Assembly: GCA_963763815.1 (NCBI GenBank)
Contig: CAVXPS010000019.1
Location: forward strand, 15,713-79,712
From: an uncultured Actinomycetes bacterium
GTDB lineage: Bacteria; Actinomycetota; Thermoleophilia; Gaiellales; Gaiellaceae
DNA length: 64,000 bases
Direction of reading: 5' to 3'
This document shows positions 18,139-26,954 of the stretch, piece after piece. A model generated the notes under the pieces. It had not been told where the DNA came from, searched no databases, and saw only the letters and a list, made by a program, of their open reading frames with translations. Position numbers and translations under genes: made by a program. Each line of letters opens with the position of its first letter. The stretch's first letter is position 1.

Positions 18139-19560
18139 CTACGCCGCTTCCGGTTGCGGCACGAGCTGCTCGGGCTCGTGTACCGCCACCTCGGCCGGCC
18201 GCCCTCTTCGTGGGATCAGGAGCGCGCTCGCGGCACCGAGGGCGACGACGACCGCGCCGACCCAGAGCGCCGGGACGAGGCCGTCGTTGAACGTCGTCGG
18301 TGACTCGTAGCCTCCGTAGCGCGCGAAGATCGAGGCAAGGACGGCCACGCCGAGCACGCCGCCGACCTCGCGGATCGCGTTGTTCGCACCGGATGCCTTC
18401 CCCTCCTCGACCGGGCGCACCGCCGAGAGCACGACGTTTGCCACGGGCGCGAAGAACATCCCCATGCCGATCCCGGAGAGGATGAACGGCCCGACGAGCG
18501 AGCCGTAGCCCACGGTCGCGGTCGAGACCACCGCGATCCACGCGAGCCCGATCGCCTGCAAGCTCAGCCCGATCGCCATCAGCGGCCGCCCGCCGATGCG
18601 ATCCGACAGGACGCCGGAGATCGGCGCCACGATCATCGGCATCGCCGTCCACGGCAGGACGCGGAGCCCGGCCTCGAGCGGCGAGTAGCCCTGCGCGGTC
18701 TGGAAGAACTGCGTCAGGAGGAAGATCGAGCCGAACATCCCGAAGTACATGAAGAGCGAGGCCGCGTTGGCCGCCGAGAAGGCGCGGTTCTCGAAGAACC
18801 GCATCGGCAGCATCGGCTCGGCCGTCCTCCGCTCCCACATGACGAACGCCGCGAGCAGTACCGCGCCGATGGCGAGCGCACCGACGATCTCGGGGCTCGT
18901 CCAGCCGTTCCCCTGACCGTTGACGATCCCCCAGGTGAGCGCGAGCAGGCCGGAGCTCGCGAGCCCGAGCCCGGGCAGGTCGAGCGCCTTGTCGGGGCCG
19001 TACGACTCCTGGAGCCGGGTTGCGATGGGGAGAAGCAACAGTCCGATCGGCACGTTGAGCCAGAAGATCCACTGCCACGAGAGGCCCTCGACGACAGCAC
19101 CGCCGACGAGCGGGCCCGAGGCGACGGCGAGGCCGGCGACGCCGGACCACACGCCCAGCGCCGCGCCGCGCCTGGAGGCGGGCACGGCCGCGCTCAGGAG
19201 CGTGAGCGTGAGCGGAGTCACGATCGCTCCGCCGATTCCCTGCGCCGCGCGGGCGGCGATCAGCCAGTCCGCGGACGGTGCGAGCGCCGCCGCTGCCGAC
19301 GCGGCGGTGAAGATCCCGATGCCGATCATGAACATCCGCCGGCGCCCGAAGCGGTCGCCGAGCGCGGCACCGGTGAGCAGGAACGCGGCGAAGGTGAGCG
19401 TGTACGCGTTCACCGTCCACTCGAGCTCCTCGAGCGAGGCGCCGAGATCGACCCTGATCACGGGAATCGCCGTCGAGACGACGAGGTTGTCGAGCACGAC
19501 CATGAAGAGCGCCACGGTCGTCGAGATGAACGTCCAGAACGTCGCCTGACGTGCGGTCAT
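18139..19560 (-). CDS. MFS transporter, DHA2 (EmrB/QacA, 14-TM) drug-efflux type
   Basis: 473 aa with FMVVLDNLVVSTAIPVI, LEWTVNAYTLTFAAFLL and GDRFGRRRMF. Confidence 0.9.
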   Translation of the reverse strand: MTARQATFWTFISTTVALFMVVLDNLVVSTAIPVIRVDLGASLEELEWTVNAYTLTFAAFLLTGAALGDRFGRRRMFMIGIGIFTAASAAAALAPSADWLIAARAAQGIGGAIVTPLTLTLLSAAVPASRRGAALGVWSGVAGLAVASGPLVGGAVVEGLSWQWIFWLNVPIGLLLLPIATRLQESYGPDKALDLPGLGLASSGLLALTWGIVNGQGNGWTSPEIVGALAIGAVLLAAFVMWERRTAEPMLPMRFFENRAFSAANAASLFMYFGMFGSIFLLTQFFQTAQGYSPLEAGLRVLPWTAMPMIVAPISGVLSDRIGGRPLMAIGLSLQAIGLAWIAVVSTATVGYGSLVGPFILSGIGMGMFFAPVANVVLSAVRPVEEGKASGANNAIREVGGVLGVAVLASIFARYGGYESPTTFNDGLVPALWVGAVVVALGAASALLIPRRGRPAEVAVHEPEQLVPQPEAA

Positions 19561-19597
19561 CGGCGTTCTCTCCTTCCGGGGAACTGTTACGAAGTAG

Positions 19598-19611
19598 TGA
19601 GTGCTTACTCA
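19598..19611. promoter_or_regulatory. Candidate TetR operator upstream of the MFS gene
   Basis: TGAGTGCTTACTCA is an inverted repeat (TGAGT-N4-ACTCA) lying between the TetR stop and the MFS start. It is nearly identical to the site at 20219..20233. Confidence 0.45.
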
Positions 19612-19641
19612 TCAAGACGTGAAAAAAGAGAGGCCTCTTCC

Positions 19642-20210
19642 CTACTCGTCGTCCTTGCAGCCCTGCGCCAGGCGCACGGCCCACGCGGGGGCGTCGCCGG
19701 GCTCGTGGAACGAGTAGTCCATCGCCGCGAGGACGTTGATCAGCATCCCCTTGGCGAAGAACTTCGCGACGGTCTGCTTGTCGGCGCCCGACACGGTCTC
19801 GACGTAGTCGACGAGCCGGCCGTACCCGCGAGCCGTGCTCTCCCGCACGTCCGTCGTCCACGACCGAGGCCGCGTACGCCTGGAGCTGGCCCTGCAGCAT
19901 CGTCGGATCGCTCTCGATCAAGCCGATGTAGGCCTCGCCGATCGCGAGCAGCGAACTCCTCGCCCGACTTTCCGGCGGCCGCCTCGCGCCAGACCTCGAG
20001 CGTCCGCGCGAAGCAGGCGTCGTTCACGGCGAGGAAGAGCCTCTTCTTCGAGCCGAACAGCCGGAACAGGTACGGCTGCGAGATCCCGGCGGCGCGGGCG
20101 ATCGCGTCGGTCGAGGCGCCGTGCAGCCCGTGCCGCGCGAACTCGTGGCGCGCGGCCTCGAGCACGGCCTCGCGCCGTTCCTCTGCCGTCTGTCTCTGAG
20201 CGGTCGCCAT
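19642..20210 (-). pseudogene. TetR/AcrR family regulator interrupted by two 1-nt frameshifts
   Basis: The HTH part (MATAQRQTAEERREAVLEAARHEFARHGLHGASTDAIARAAGISQPYLFRLF) is in one frame up to ...GKSGEE. LLAIGEAYIGLIESDPTMLQGQLQAYAASVVDD continues in a second frame from about 19955. VRESTARGYGRLVDYVETVSGADKQTVAKFFAKGMLINVLAAMDY continues in the third frame from about 19850. Confidence 0.75.
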
Positions 20211-20218
20211 GAAGGCAA

Positions 20219-20233
20219 GTAAGTTAGCACTCA
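20219..20233. promoter_or_regulatory. Second TetR-operator-like site, upstream of the TetR gene
   Basis: GTAAGTTAGCACTCA (reverse complement TGAGTGCTAACTTAC) matches the site at 19598..19611 except for a 1-nt insertion and 1 mismatch. It lies between the DegT stop (20235) and the TetR start (20210). Confidence 0.4.
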
Positions 20234-20234
20234 C

Positions 20235-21296
20235 TCACAAGCTGGTCAAGACCGACGCGACACGATCGAGATCCGAGTCGGTCAGCCGGGAGTGGAACGG
20301 CAGCGCGAGCGCGCGCTCGAAGGCGCGGTCGGCTCCGGGGAAGGGTCCCTGGGACGAGTATGCGCCCAGGCGGTGGAGCGCCCAGGTCCCGATCTGCGCC
20401 TCGATTCCGGCCGACCGGAGAGCCTCGAGCGCCTCGTCCCGCCGGTCGAGCTGGACGACGTAGGCCTGCCAGCCGTGGCGGTCTCCCTCGGCCGCACGGG
20501 GCGTCTGAACGAAGTGCTCCAGTCGCTCCGTGTAGCCCCGCGCGACACGCTCGCGGGCCTCGAGCAGGCGCCCGAGACTCTCGACCTGGGGGATCCCGAG
20601 CGCGCAGAGGACATCCGGCAGCCGGTAGTTGAAGCCGGGCGCGGGCATGTCGCCGACCGACGCCCACCCGTGGTGGCGGAGCCGGCGCACGGCCGCATCG
20701 AGCCCTGCATCGTCCGTCGTGACTGCGCCGCCTTCGCCTGTGGTCACGATCTTCCGCGGGTGGAACGAGAAGCAGGCGAGCGCGCCGAGCGCGCCACACG
20801 GCGTCCCCCGGTACAGCGCGCCGAGCGCGCCGGCCGCATCCTCGAGCAGCGCGACCTCCTGCGGCACGGCGGTCTGAAGCGCCTCCCACTCGACCGGGCG
20901 CCCGAAGAGGTGCACGGCGATGACCGCCTTCGTGCGCGGGGTGACCGCCTCGGCCACCTTCGCCGGGTCGAGGTTGAACGTGTCCGGATCGACGTCCACG
21001 AGCACGGCCCGGGCGCCGGAGAGCTCGACGACGTTGGCGGTCGCCGGGAACGTGTACGCGGGGACGATCACCTCGTCGCCCGGGCCGATCTCGAGCGCGA
21101 GCACGGCGAGGTGGAGCGCAGCGGTGCCCGAAGAGACGACCGCTGCGTGCGTGGTGCCGACGGCGCCGGCGATCGCCCGCTCGAACTCGCCGACCTTGTT
21201 CCCCATCGTCAGCTGTCCGCTCGCGACCACCTCCGCCACCGCGGCGAGCTCCTGCTCACCGACGTCGGGTCGAGCCAGCCGGATGGGCTCGCTCAA
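20235..21296 (-). CDS. DegT/DnrJ/EryC1/StrS family sugar aminotransferase
   Basis: The C-terminal 353 aa of track ORF 20235..22268: [17 protein letters not shown]..., [38 protein letters not shown]. The proposed start is TTG 21296, overlapping the epimerase stop. Confidence 0.87.
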   Translation of the reverse strand: MSEPIRLARPDVGEQELAAVAEVVASGQLTMGNKVGEFERAIAGAVGTTHAAVVSSGTAALHLAVLALEIGPGDEVIVPAYTFPATANVVELSGARAVLVDVDPDTFNLDPAKVAEAVTPRTKAVIAVHLFGRPVEWEALQTAVPQEVALLEDAAGALGALYRGTPCGALGALACFSFHPRKIVTTGEGGAVTTDDAGLDAAVRRLRHHGWASVGDMPAPGFNYRLPDVLCALGIPQVESLGRLLEARERVARGYTERLEHFVQTPRAAEGDRHGWQAYVVQLDRRDEALEALRSAGIEAQIGTWALHRLGAYSSQGPFPGADRAFERALALPFHSRLTDSDLDRVASVLTSL

Positions 21297-22268
21297 CCCG
21301 CGGGAGCCCCGAGGTGCTCGCGATACCAAGCGATCGTGCGCCCGAGTCCGTCGTCGAGCTCGACCTTGGCCTCGAAGCCGAGCAACTGCTTCGCCTTCTC
21401 GATGTTCGGGATGCGGAGCTCCACGTCCGTGTAGTGGAGCGGCTGGAAGACGATCTCTCCCGGGCACCCCGTCAGCCGCTTGATGCGGGTCGCGAGGTCG
21501 TGGATCGTCACCGCCGAGCGCGCGTTCCCGATGTTGAAGCTCTCGCCGACCGCGGCCGGGTGCTCGAGCGCGAGCAGCGCTCCGTCCACCATGTCGTCGA
21601 TGTAGCACCACGCCCTGATCTGGGACCCGTCCCCGTGGATCGTGAGGTCGCGCCCGGCAAGAGCGGCCTCGATGAAGGCACGGATCGCGCCGCCTCCGAT
21701 CTGACCGGGCCCGTACACGTTGAACGGGCGGACGGAGACGGTCGGGACACCGAGCTCGGCGTGGTACGCGTGGGCCATGTGCTCTCCGGCGAGCTTCGAG
21801 ACCGCGTACGTCCAGCGAGCCTCGCCGACCGACCCGATCGTCGTCACCTGCCCTTCCTGCACGTTGAAGGCACGCTGGCCGAAGACTTCGCTCGTCGAGA
21901 AGTCGACGACGCGCTCCAGCGTGTCCTTGGTCGCGACCGCGGCCTCGAGCACGTTGTACGTGCCGATCACATTGACGCGCATCGTCCGGACCGGGCTCTC
22001 GAGAACGGTGTCGACCCCCGCGATCCCGGCGCAGTGGACGATGTGCGTCGCTCCCGCTGACGAGCTCGACGAGCCGGTCGAGATCGAGCACGTCTGCCTG
22101 GACGAGCGTGAAGTTCGGGTGCTCGGCGAGCTCGGTGCCCGAGAGCGCGTCACGGTGGAGGTTGTCGAGGGCGACGATCTCGTTCGCATCCACCAGCTCC
22201 CTGGCGAGCGTCGTCCCGATGAAGCCGGCGCCCCCGGTGATGACGACTCGCTTGTCGCGGAGCGGCAC
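21293..22268 (-). pseudogene. NAD-dependent sugar epimerase/dehydratase (SDR) with one frameshift near 22047-22062
   Basis: The N-terminus [26 protein letters not shown]...LVELVSG is in the frame of 22268. The rest ([13 protein letters not shown]...YAVSKLAGE...FNVYGPGQ...) is track ORF 21293..22189 in another frame. One extra base in GTCAGCGGG(A)GCGACGCAC would explain the shift. Confidence 0.8.
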
Positions 22269-22362
22269 GCGGCGAGTTTAGAGACTCGGCTTCGTGGCTC
22301 TCGCTGTTTGCATCTCGTAAGCGTCGTGACCTGATGCGGGCGCTGCGGCGTACTCTGGACGT

Positions 22363-22776
22363 ATGCGAGCGCTGGCGATCGTTGCAGCGGCTTTCGCCGT
22401 TGGTGGGATGATCGTCGCAGTCGCTGGCGGGGCCGCGTCGTCCAGCCACACCGCGCTGACGATCACGTTCTGGGAAGACGGCCAGCGCACGGCAGATCCG
22501 GACGTGTGGACGCTCCGCTGCGACCCGGCTCGCGGGACGCACCCGCGACCCGTGCTTGCGTGTCGACGGCTCGAGGCCGGTGGCTGGCGCCTCGTCGCCC
22601 CCGTCGCGCCGGGCGCGATCTGTACGGAGATCTACGGGGGCCCGCAAGTCGCGCGCATCGTCGGGTCGCTCGAAGGCCGCAAGGTCTGGGCACGCTTCAC
22701 GCGCACGAACGGCTGTCACATCTCGCGCTGGGACCGGCTCTCGCCGTGGCTCCTCCCGGCCGGCAGCGTCCGCTAA
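22363..22776 (+). CDS. Secreted subtilisin-inhibitor-like (SSI family) protein
   Basis: 137 aa with a signal or anchor segment followed by LTITFWEDG...[23 protein letters not shown]...[32 protein letters not shown]. The Cys spacing and the TLxCDPxxGTHP motif recall Streptomyces subtilisin inhibitor. Confidence 0.6.
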   Translation: MRALAIVAAAFAVGGMIVAVAGGAASSSHTALTITFWEDGQRTADPDVWTLRCDPARGTHPRPVLACRRLEAGGWRLVAPVAPGAICTEIYGGPQVARIVGSLEGRKVWARFTRTNGCHISRWDRLSPWLLPAGSVR

Positions 22777-22800
22777 ACACGTCTCCGAAGGACAGACCTG

Positions 22801-22836
22801 CCGAGAAATCGCGTCGTATGCGACGCAACGTCTCGG
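22801..22836 (+). terminator. Compound hairpin after the SSI-like gene
   Basis: CCGAGA-aatc-GCGTCG-tatg-CGACGC-aacg-TCTCGG forms two 6-bp helices with a symmetric internal loop, 25 nt after the stop. There is no U-tract. Confidence 0.3.
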
Positions 22837-22844
22837 CCAGCGCT

Positions 22845-22869
22845 CCTTACAGTGCCTGGCACTGTAAGG
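22845..22869. promoter_or_regulatory. Perfect 12-bp-arm inverted repeat upstream of the plus-strand glycan operon
   Basis: CCTTACAGTGCC-t-GGCACTGTAAGG lies 57 nt upstream of the 22926 start. It could be an operator or a hairpin. Confidence 0.4.
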
Positions 22870-22925
22870 GCGTCGAAAGTGCGCCAAACGATCCACAGGG
22901 GCCCGCGCCCGCATAATGGCCCGCG

Positions 22926-24125
22926 TTGTCGCCGCCCCCTCATGCAGACGGATCGACCCGGACGCCCGTGCTCGTGCTCGGCCTGCTCCCGGCCGGGCTC
23001 GCGCTCGCGCGCAGCCTCGGGCGGGCGGGAGTTCCGGTCTACGGCGGCGTCTTTCGGGCCAACGAGTTCGGCCTCCGCTCCCGCTACCTCCGGGGACGCT
23101 GCCTCGCGACGGAGGGAGACGAGGCCGCGCGTGATCGGCAGCTGCTCGGCTACCTCCGCGACCTCGCCGGTGGCGGGCGGGCCGTGCTCGTTCCCGAGCG
23201 AGACGAGCACGTCGACTTCGTCCTGCGTAACTGGGACGAGGTGACGGCGCTCGCGGACGTCCCGCTCCCGTCCGATCCCGAGGCCGTGCGTCGACTCCGG
23301 CGCAAGGACCAGCTCCCGCTCGCTGCGGCCGAGGCCGGCGTTCCCGCGCCGGCAACGGTCTTCGTCGAGAGCGAGGAGTCGCTGCGCCACCGGCTCGCTC
23401 ACCCTGGCGAGCTCCGGCCGCCGTTCCTCCTCAAGCCTGTCGAGGGGCAGGAGTACGCGCTCCGCTTCGGCAGCAAGGCTGAAGTCGCCGTCGACGTCGT
23501 GCAGGCGGTCGAGGCGTGGCGCCGGGCTCACGACGCCGGCTTCGAGATGATCCTGCAGGAGCTCGTCCCGGACTCGCACGAGCAGGTCTTCTCCCTCTTC
23601 GCGTACGTCGGCCGCGACGGTGCTCCGCTCCGGAGCGTCGTCGGCCGGAAGGTGCGCCAGGGTCCCCTTCGTTTTGGCACGAGCGCGGTGTTCGAGGTCC
23701 GTTTCGACCCCGACGTCCTCGAGCTCGGCCTGCGACTGCTCGAGTCGGCTGGGTACACCGGGTTCGCGCACGTCGAGTTCGCGCGTGATCCGCGCGACGG
23801 GACCTTCAAGGTGCTCGAGGTGAACACGCGCTTGCCCGTCTGGGCCGGGATCGCCATGACGGACACGTTCGACGTCGCCCGAGCCGCCTACGACGACCTG
23901 CGCGGCGTCCCGTCGCCCGCACGCGCGACGTTCCAGGGCAACCTGGCCTGGGTCTACCTCGCCAAGGATCTCTGGGTCTCCGCGCAGATGGCTCGGCGCC
24001 GAGAGCTCTCGATGAAGGCCTTCCTGGCACAACACGTCCGTACCGGCAAGGTCGGCGCCGTGTTCGCCGCCGACGACCCGCTGCCCGCGCTCGCGAGCGT
24101 CGGCTATCTGCGCTCGAGGCTCTGA
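22926..24125 (+). CDS. ATP-grasp domain protein (carboxylate-amine ligase-like)
   Basis: 399 aa with an N-terminal Rossmann-like VLVLGLLPAGLALARSLGRAGVPV, then FLLKPVEG, MILQELVP and FAHVEFARDPRDGTFKVLEVNTRL, typical of ATP-grasp_3/4 proteins. The start (TTG 22926 or a later GTG) is uncertain. Confidence 0.72.
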   Translation: MSPPPHADGSTRTPVLVLGLLPAGLALARSLGRAGVPVYGGVFRANEFGLRSRYLRGRCLATEGDEAARDRQLLGYLRDLAGGGRAVLVPERDEHVDFVLRNWDEVTALADVPLPSDPEAVRRLRRKDQLPLAAAEAGVPAPATVFVESEESLRHRLAHPGELRPPFLLKPVEGQEYALRFGSKAEVAVDVVQAVEAWRRAHDAGFEMILQELVPDSHEQVFSLFAYVGRDGAPLRSVVGRKVRQGPLRFGTSAVFEVRFDPDVLELGLRLLESAGYTGFAHVEFARDPRDGTFKVLEVNTRLPVWAGIAMTDTFDVARAAYDDLRGVPSPARATFQGNLAWVYLAKDLWVSAQMARRRELSMKAFLAQHVRTGKVGAVFAADDPLPALASVGYLRSRL

Positions 24126-24128
24126 CGA

Positions 24129-25274
24129 GTGAAGATCGCCCTCGTCGACCCGCTCGGCTTCACCACGCCGTACGACGACCGGCTCGCCTCGGCGCTCGGC
24201 GAGCGAGGTCACGAGGTGCACCTCCTCACCTCGCCGTTCCTCCTCGATCGGGCGCCAGAGCCCAAGGGGTACGTGCGCGAGGAGCTCTTCATCCCCTGGT
24301 CGAGCCGCCTCCTCCAGCATTCGCCACGGGCCCGGCTCCGCCGCCTCGTCAAGGGCGCCGAGTACCTCCCGAGCGTCCGCCGCCTCCTCCGTCGCATCGA
24401 CGAGCTGGCGCCCGACGTCGTCCACGTCCAGTGGCTCTCGCGGCCCGAGCTCGACGTCCGCTGGCTCCGTCGGATCGCGAGCAAGCACCAGCTCGTCTTC
24501 ACCGCGCACAATGCGATGCCCCGGCGTGAGCGCGCGTACGGAGCGTGGAAGGAAGCGCTCACGGTCGCGGCGCGGGTCGTCGTCCATTCGCAGCAAGCGG
24601 TCGAGCGCCTCGTCGCGTTCGGGATCGACCGCGAGAAACTCGTGCGCGTGGCGCATCCCGTGTTCGACTCCCCGGGACAGCTCGCAGTCGAGCCGCCGTC
24701 CGGGAAAACCCTGCTCTTCTTCGGCCTCATCCGCCACTACAAGGGGCTCGACGTGCTCGTCCGTGCCCTTCCGGAGATCCAGAGCCGCGTTCCGGACGCA
24801 CGCCTCGTCGTGGCCGGCGACCCGCTCGATCCGATCAGGCCGGTGCAGGAACTCGCCGTTTCGCTCTCGGTGAACGACGCGATCGAGTGGAAGCTCGGCT
24901 TCGTGCCCGACGCCGAGGTCGCGCCGCTCGTCGCCTCGGCGGCCGCCGTCGTCCTCCCCTACCGCGAGATCGAGTCCTCGGGCGTGCTCGCGCTCGCGTT
25001 CGGGCACGGCCGCCCCGCGGTCGTCTCCGACCTCGGCGCGGTCGGAGACGCCGTCCGCGAGTTCGGCGCCGGACGCGCGGTCCCGGCCGAGAACCCGGCC
25101 GCGCTCGCGGCGGCCTGCGCGGAGCTCCTGACGGACGCGGGAGCCCTGCGCGCGGCCTACGAGGGCGCGCTCGCCGCCCGGGCGGCGCTGACCTGGGAAG
25201 AAGCTGCTCGCGCCCACGAAGCCGTGTACGAGGAGCTCGCGCACTCGACCTCGTCCCGCGAGGCAGCACCATGA
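24129..25274 (+). CDS. Glycosyltransferase family 4 (GT-B, GT1/GT4 type)
   Basis: 381 aa (KIALVDPLG..., HVQW, FFGLIRHYKGLD, LPYREIESSGVLALAFGHGRP) containing the EX7E-type motif. Confidence 0.87.
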   Translation: MKIALVDPLGFTTPYDDRLASALGERGHEVHLLTSPFLLDRAPEPKGYVREELFIPWSSRLLQHSPRARLRRLVKGAEYLPSVRRLLRRIDELAPDVVHVQWLSRPELDVRWLRRIASKHQLVFTAHNAMPRRERAYGAWKEALTVAARVVVHSQQAVERLVAFGIDREKLVRVAHPVFDSPGQLAVEPPSGKTLLFFGLIRHYKGLDVLVRALPEIQSRVPDARLVVAGDPLDPIRPVQELAVSLSVNDAIEWKLGFVPDAEVAPLVASAAAVVLPYREIESSGVLALAFGHGRPAVVSDLGAVGDAVREFGAGRAVPAENPAALAAACAELLTDAGALRAAYEGALAARAALTWEEAARAHEAVYEELAHSTSSREAAP

Positions 25275-25933
25275 GGCAGGTCCAGCTCGGCATCAAGTGG
25301 ATCGTCGACCGCGTGCTCGCTACATTCGGCCTCGTCGTACTTGCTCCGGTCTTCGCCGCGATCTGGGTCTGGGTCCGGCGCGATGCGGGCAAGCCGGTGT
25401 TCATGAGGCAACAGCGCGCCGGCAAGGACGGCGTCCCGTTCCTGCTCCTGAAGGTGCGCTCGATGGTTCCGAACGCCGTCCAGGTCGGGCAAGAGCTCGG
25501 CATCACGGACGACCCGTTCGGGGTGGTCGCCGAGGACCCGCGCATCACGCGGAGCGGCCGCGTCCTCCGGCGCACGGGGCTCGACGAGCTTCCCCAGCTC
25601 GTCAACATCCTGCGCGGCGAGATGAGCATCGTCGGGCCGCGCCCCGACCTCGTGGAGCAGGTCGCGAACTACACGGAGGCGGATCGGCGGCGCCTGGCGG
25701 TCCGGCCTGGGCTCACGGGCTGGTCGCAGACGCACGGGCGCGAGGAGATCGGCTGGCCCGAGCGCATCGAGCAGGACGTCTGGTACATCGACCACTGGTC
25801 GCTCTGGCTCGACCTGAAGATCGTCGGCCTGACGTTCGCACAGCTCTTCCGCTCCGACCCGGAGCCGGTCGAGGACACGATGAACATCGAGCGCGCACGT
25901 GCCGCCGGCGACCGCTCCGACGCCGGTGAGTGA
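25271..25933 (+). CDS. Priming sugar-phosphate transferase (bacterial sugar transferase, WbaP/PglC-like)
   Basis: Reads MRQVQLGIKWIVDRVLATFGLVVLAPVF...FLLLKVRSM...DPRITRSGRVLRRTGLDELPQLVNILRGEMSIVGPRP. ATG 25271 forms an ATGA overlap with the GT4 stop. Confidence 0.9.
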   Translation: MRQVQLGIKWIVDRVLATFGLVVLAPVFAAIWVWVRRDAGKPVFMRQQRAGKDGVPFLLLKVRSMVPNAVQVGQELGITDDPFGVVAEDPRITRSGRVLRRTGLDELPQLVNILRGEMSIVGPRPDLVEQVANYTEADRRRLAVRPGLTGWSQTHGREEIGWPERIEQDVWYIDHWSLWLDLKIVGLTFAQLFRSDPEPVEDTMNIERARAAGDRSDAGE

Positions 25934-26939
25934 GCTCGCAGAGGTCGCGGCTGAGGAGTGGGACGAGCTCCTCGACCGGCTCGGCCTGGGCGACGTCTAC
26001 TTCCGGCGGGCGTACCTCGAGAGCGCGTCGCTGCTCGGGCAGGGGGAGCCGGTATTCCTCCACCTCGGCGGCGCCGGCGGGGACGTGGTCTTTCCCGGCC
26101 TCGTGCGCGATGCGCCTGAAGGCCACGCCGATGTCGGGACGCCGATGGGCTACGGCGGGCCGCTCGCCTCGGGGACAGCCCCGCCGATTCCCGGCTTCTT
26201 CGACGAATACGAGCGCTGGTGCCGGGAGCGCGACGTCGTCGCCACTTTCGCCCGCTTCCAGCCGGCGCTCGCGAACCAACGGCTCGCCGAGAGCCGCTGG
26301 CACCTCGAGCACATCGGGCACTCGGTCGGGTGGCGGGTGGAGGGTCGGAGCGCCGACGAGCTCGAGACCGTCCTGGACGCCCACCACCGCCGTGTCGTCC
26401 GCAAGGCGCGCGGCGGGGGCCTGGGGGTGGCCGTCCTGGAGCGGCCGACCGACCTGTCCGCGTTCGTCTCGCTCTACGAGGAGACGATGCGCCGCCGCGA
26501 TGCGTCGCCGTTCTACTTCTTCCCTGAGGCGTACTGGGAGCAGCTCGTGCGCGAGCTCGGCGAGACGCTCGTGCTCGCCGAAGCGCATGTCGAGGGAGAG
26601 CTGGTCGCCGCCATCCTCTGCTTCGCCTCTCCGCCGCTGCTCCACTACCACCTCGGCGCCTCGTCCGAGCGCGGCCAGGCGCTGGGGGCGAACCACCTCC
26701 TCTTCCTCGAAACGGCGGCCTGGGCCGCGACGCACGGCTTCGAGCTCTTCCACCTCGGCGGCGGTGTCGGCGGCTTCGAGGACACGCTGTACGAGTTCAA
26801 GCGCCGCTTCGACCCCGGCGGCCCGCTCCCGGCCTACCTCGGGAAAGCCGTGCACGACGAGGGCGCATATCGGGCTCTTTCGAACGTCGAGGAGATCGAC
26901 TACGCGGGCTACTTCCCGGCCTACCGCCGCTCGAACTGA
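25926..26939 (+). CDS. FemAB-like / GNAT-fold acyl- or aminoacyl-transferase (Acetyltransf_6-like)
   Basis: About 337 aa with YFRRAYLE, GYGGP, HHRRVVRKA, LYEETMRRRDASPFYFF, LHYHLGASS, ANHLLF and LGGGVG...LYEFKRRF. These resemble FemAB or BioF2-like acetyltransferase domains found in glycan loci. The start is GTG 25926 (8-nt overlap) or 25899. Confidence 0.65.
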   Translation: MSELAEVAAEEWDELLDRLGLGDVYFRRAYLESASLLGQGEPVFLHLGGAGGDVVFPGLVRDAPEGHADVGTPMGYGGPLASGTAPPIPGFFDEYERWCRERDVVATFARFQPALANQRLAESRWHLEHIGHSVGWRVEGRSADELETVLDAHHRRVVRKARGGGLGVAVLERPTDLSAFVSLYEETMRRRDASPFYFFPEAYWEQLVRELGETLVLAEAHVEGELVAAILCFASPPLLHYHLGASSERGQALGANHLLFLETAAWAATHGFELFHLGGGVGGFEDTLYEFKRRFDPGGPLPAYLGKAVHDEGAYRALSNVEEIDYAGYFPAYRRSN

Positions 26940-26954
26940 GGCTATGGTCGCGCC

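Noticed and set aside
20235-22268. 677-aa ORF as a bifunctional epimerase-aminotransferase fusion
   Set aside because: The middle ~270 aa are out-of-frame nonsense. The real epimerase body lies in another frame (21293..22189), so this is a frameshift artefact and not a fusion.
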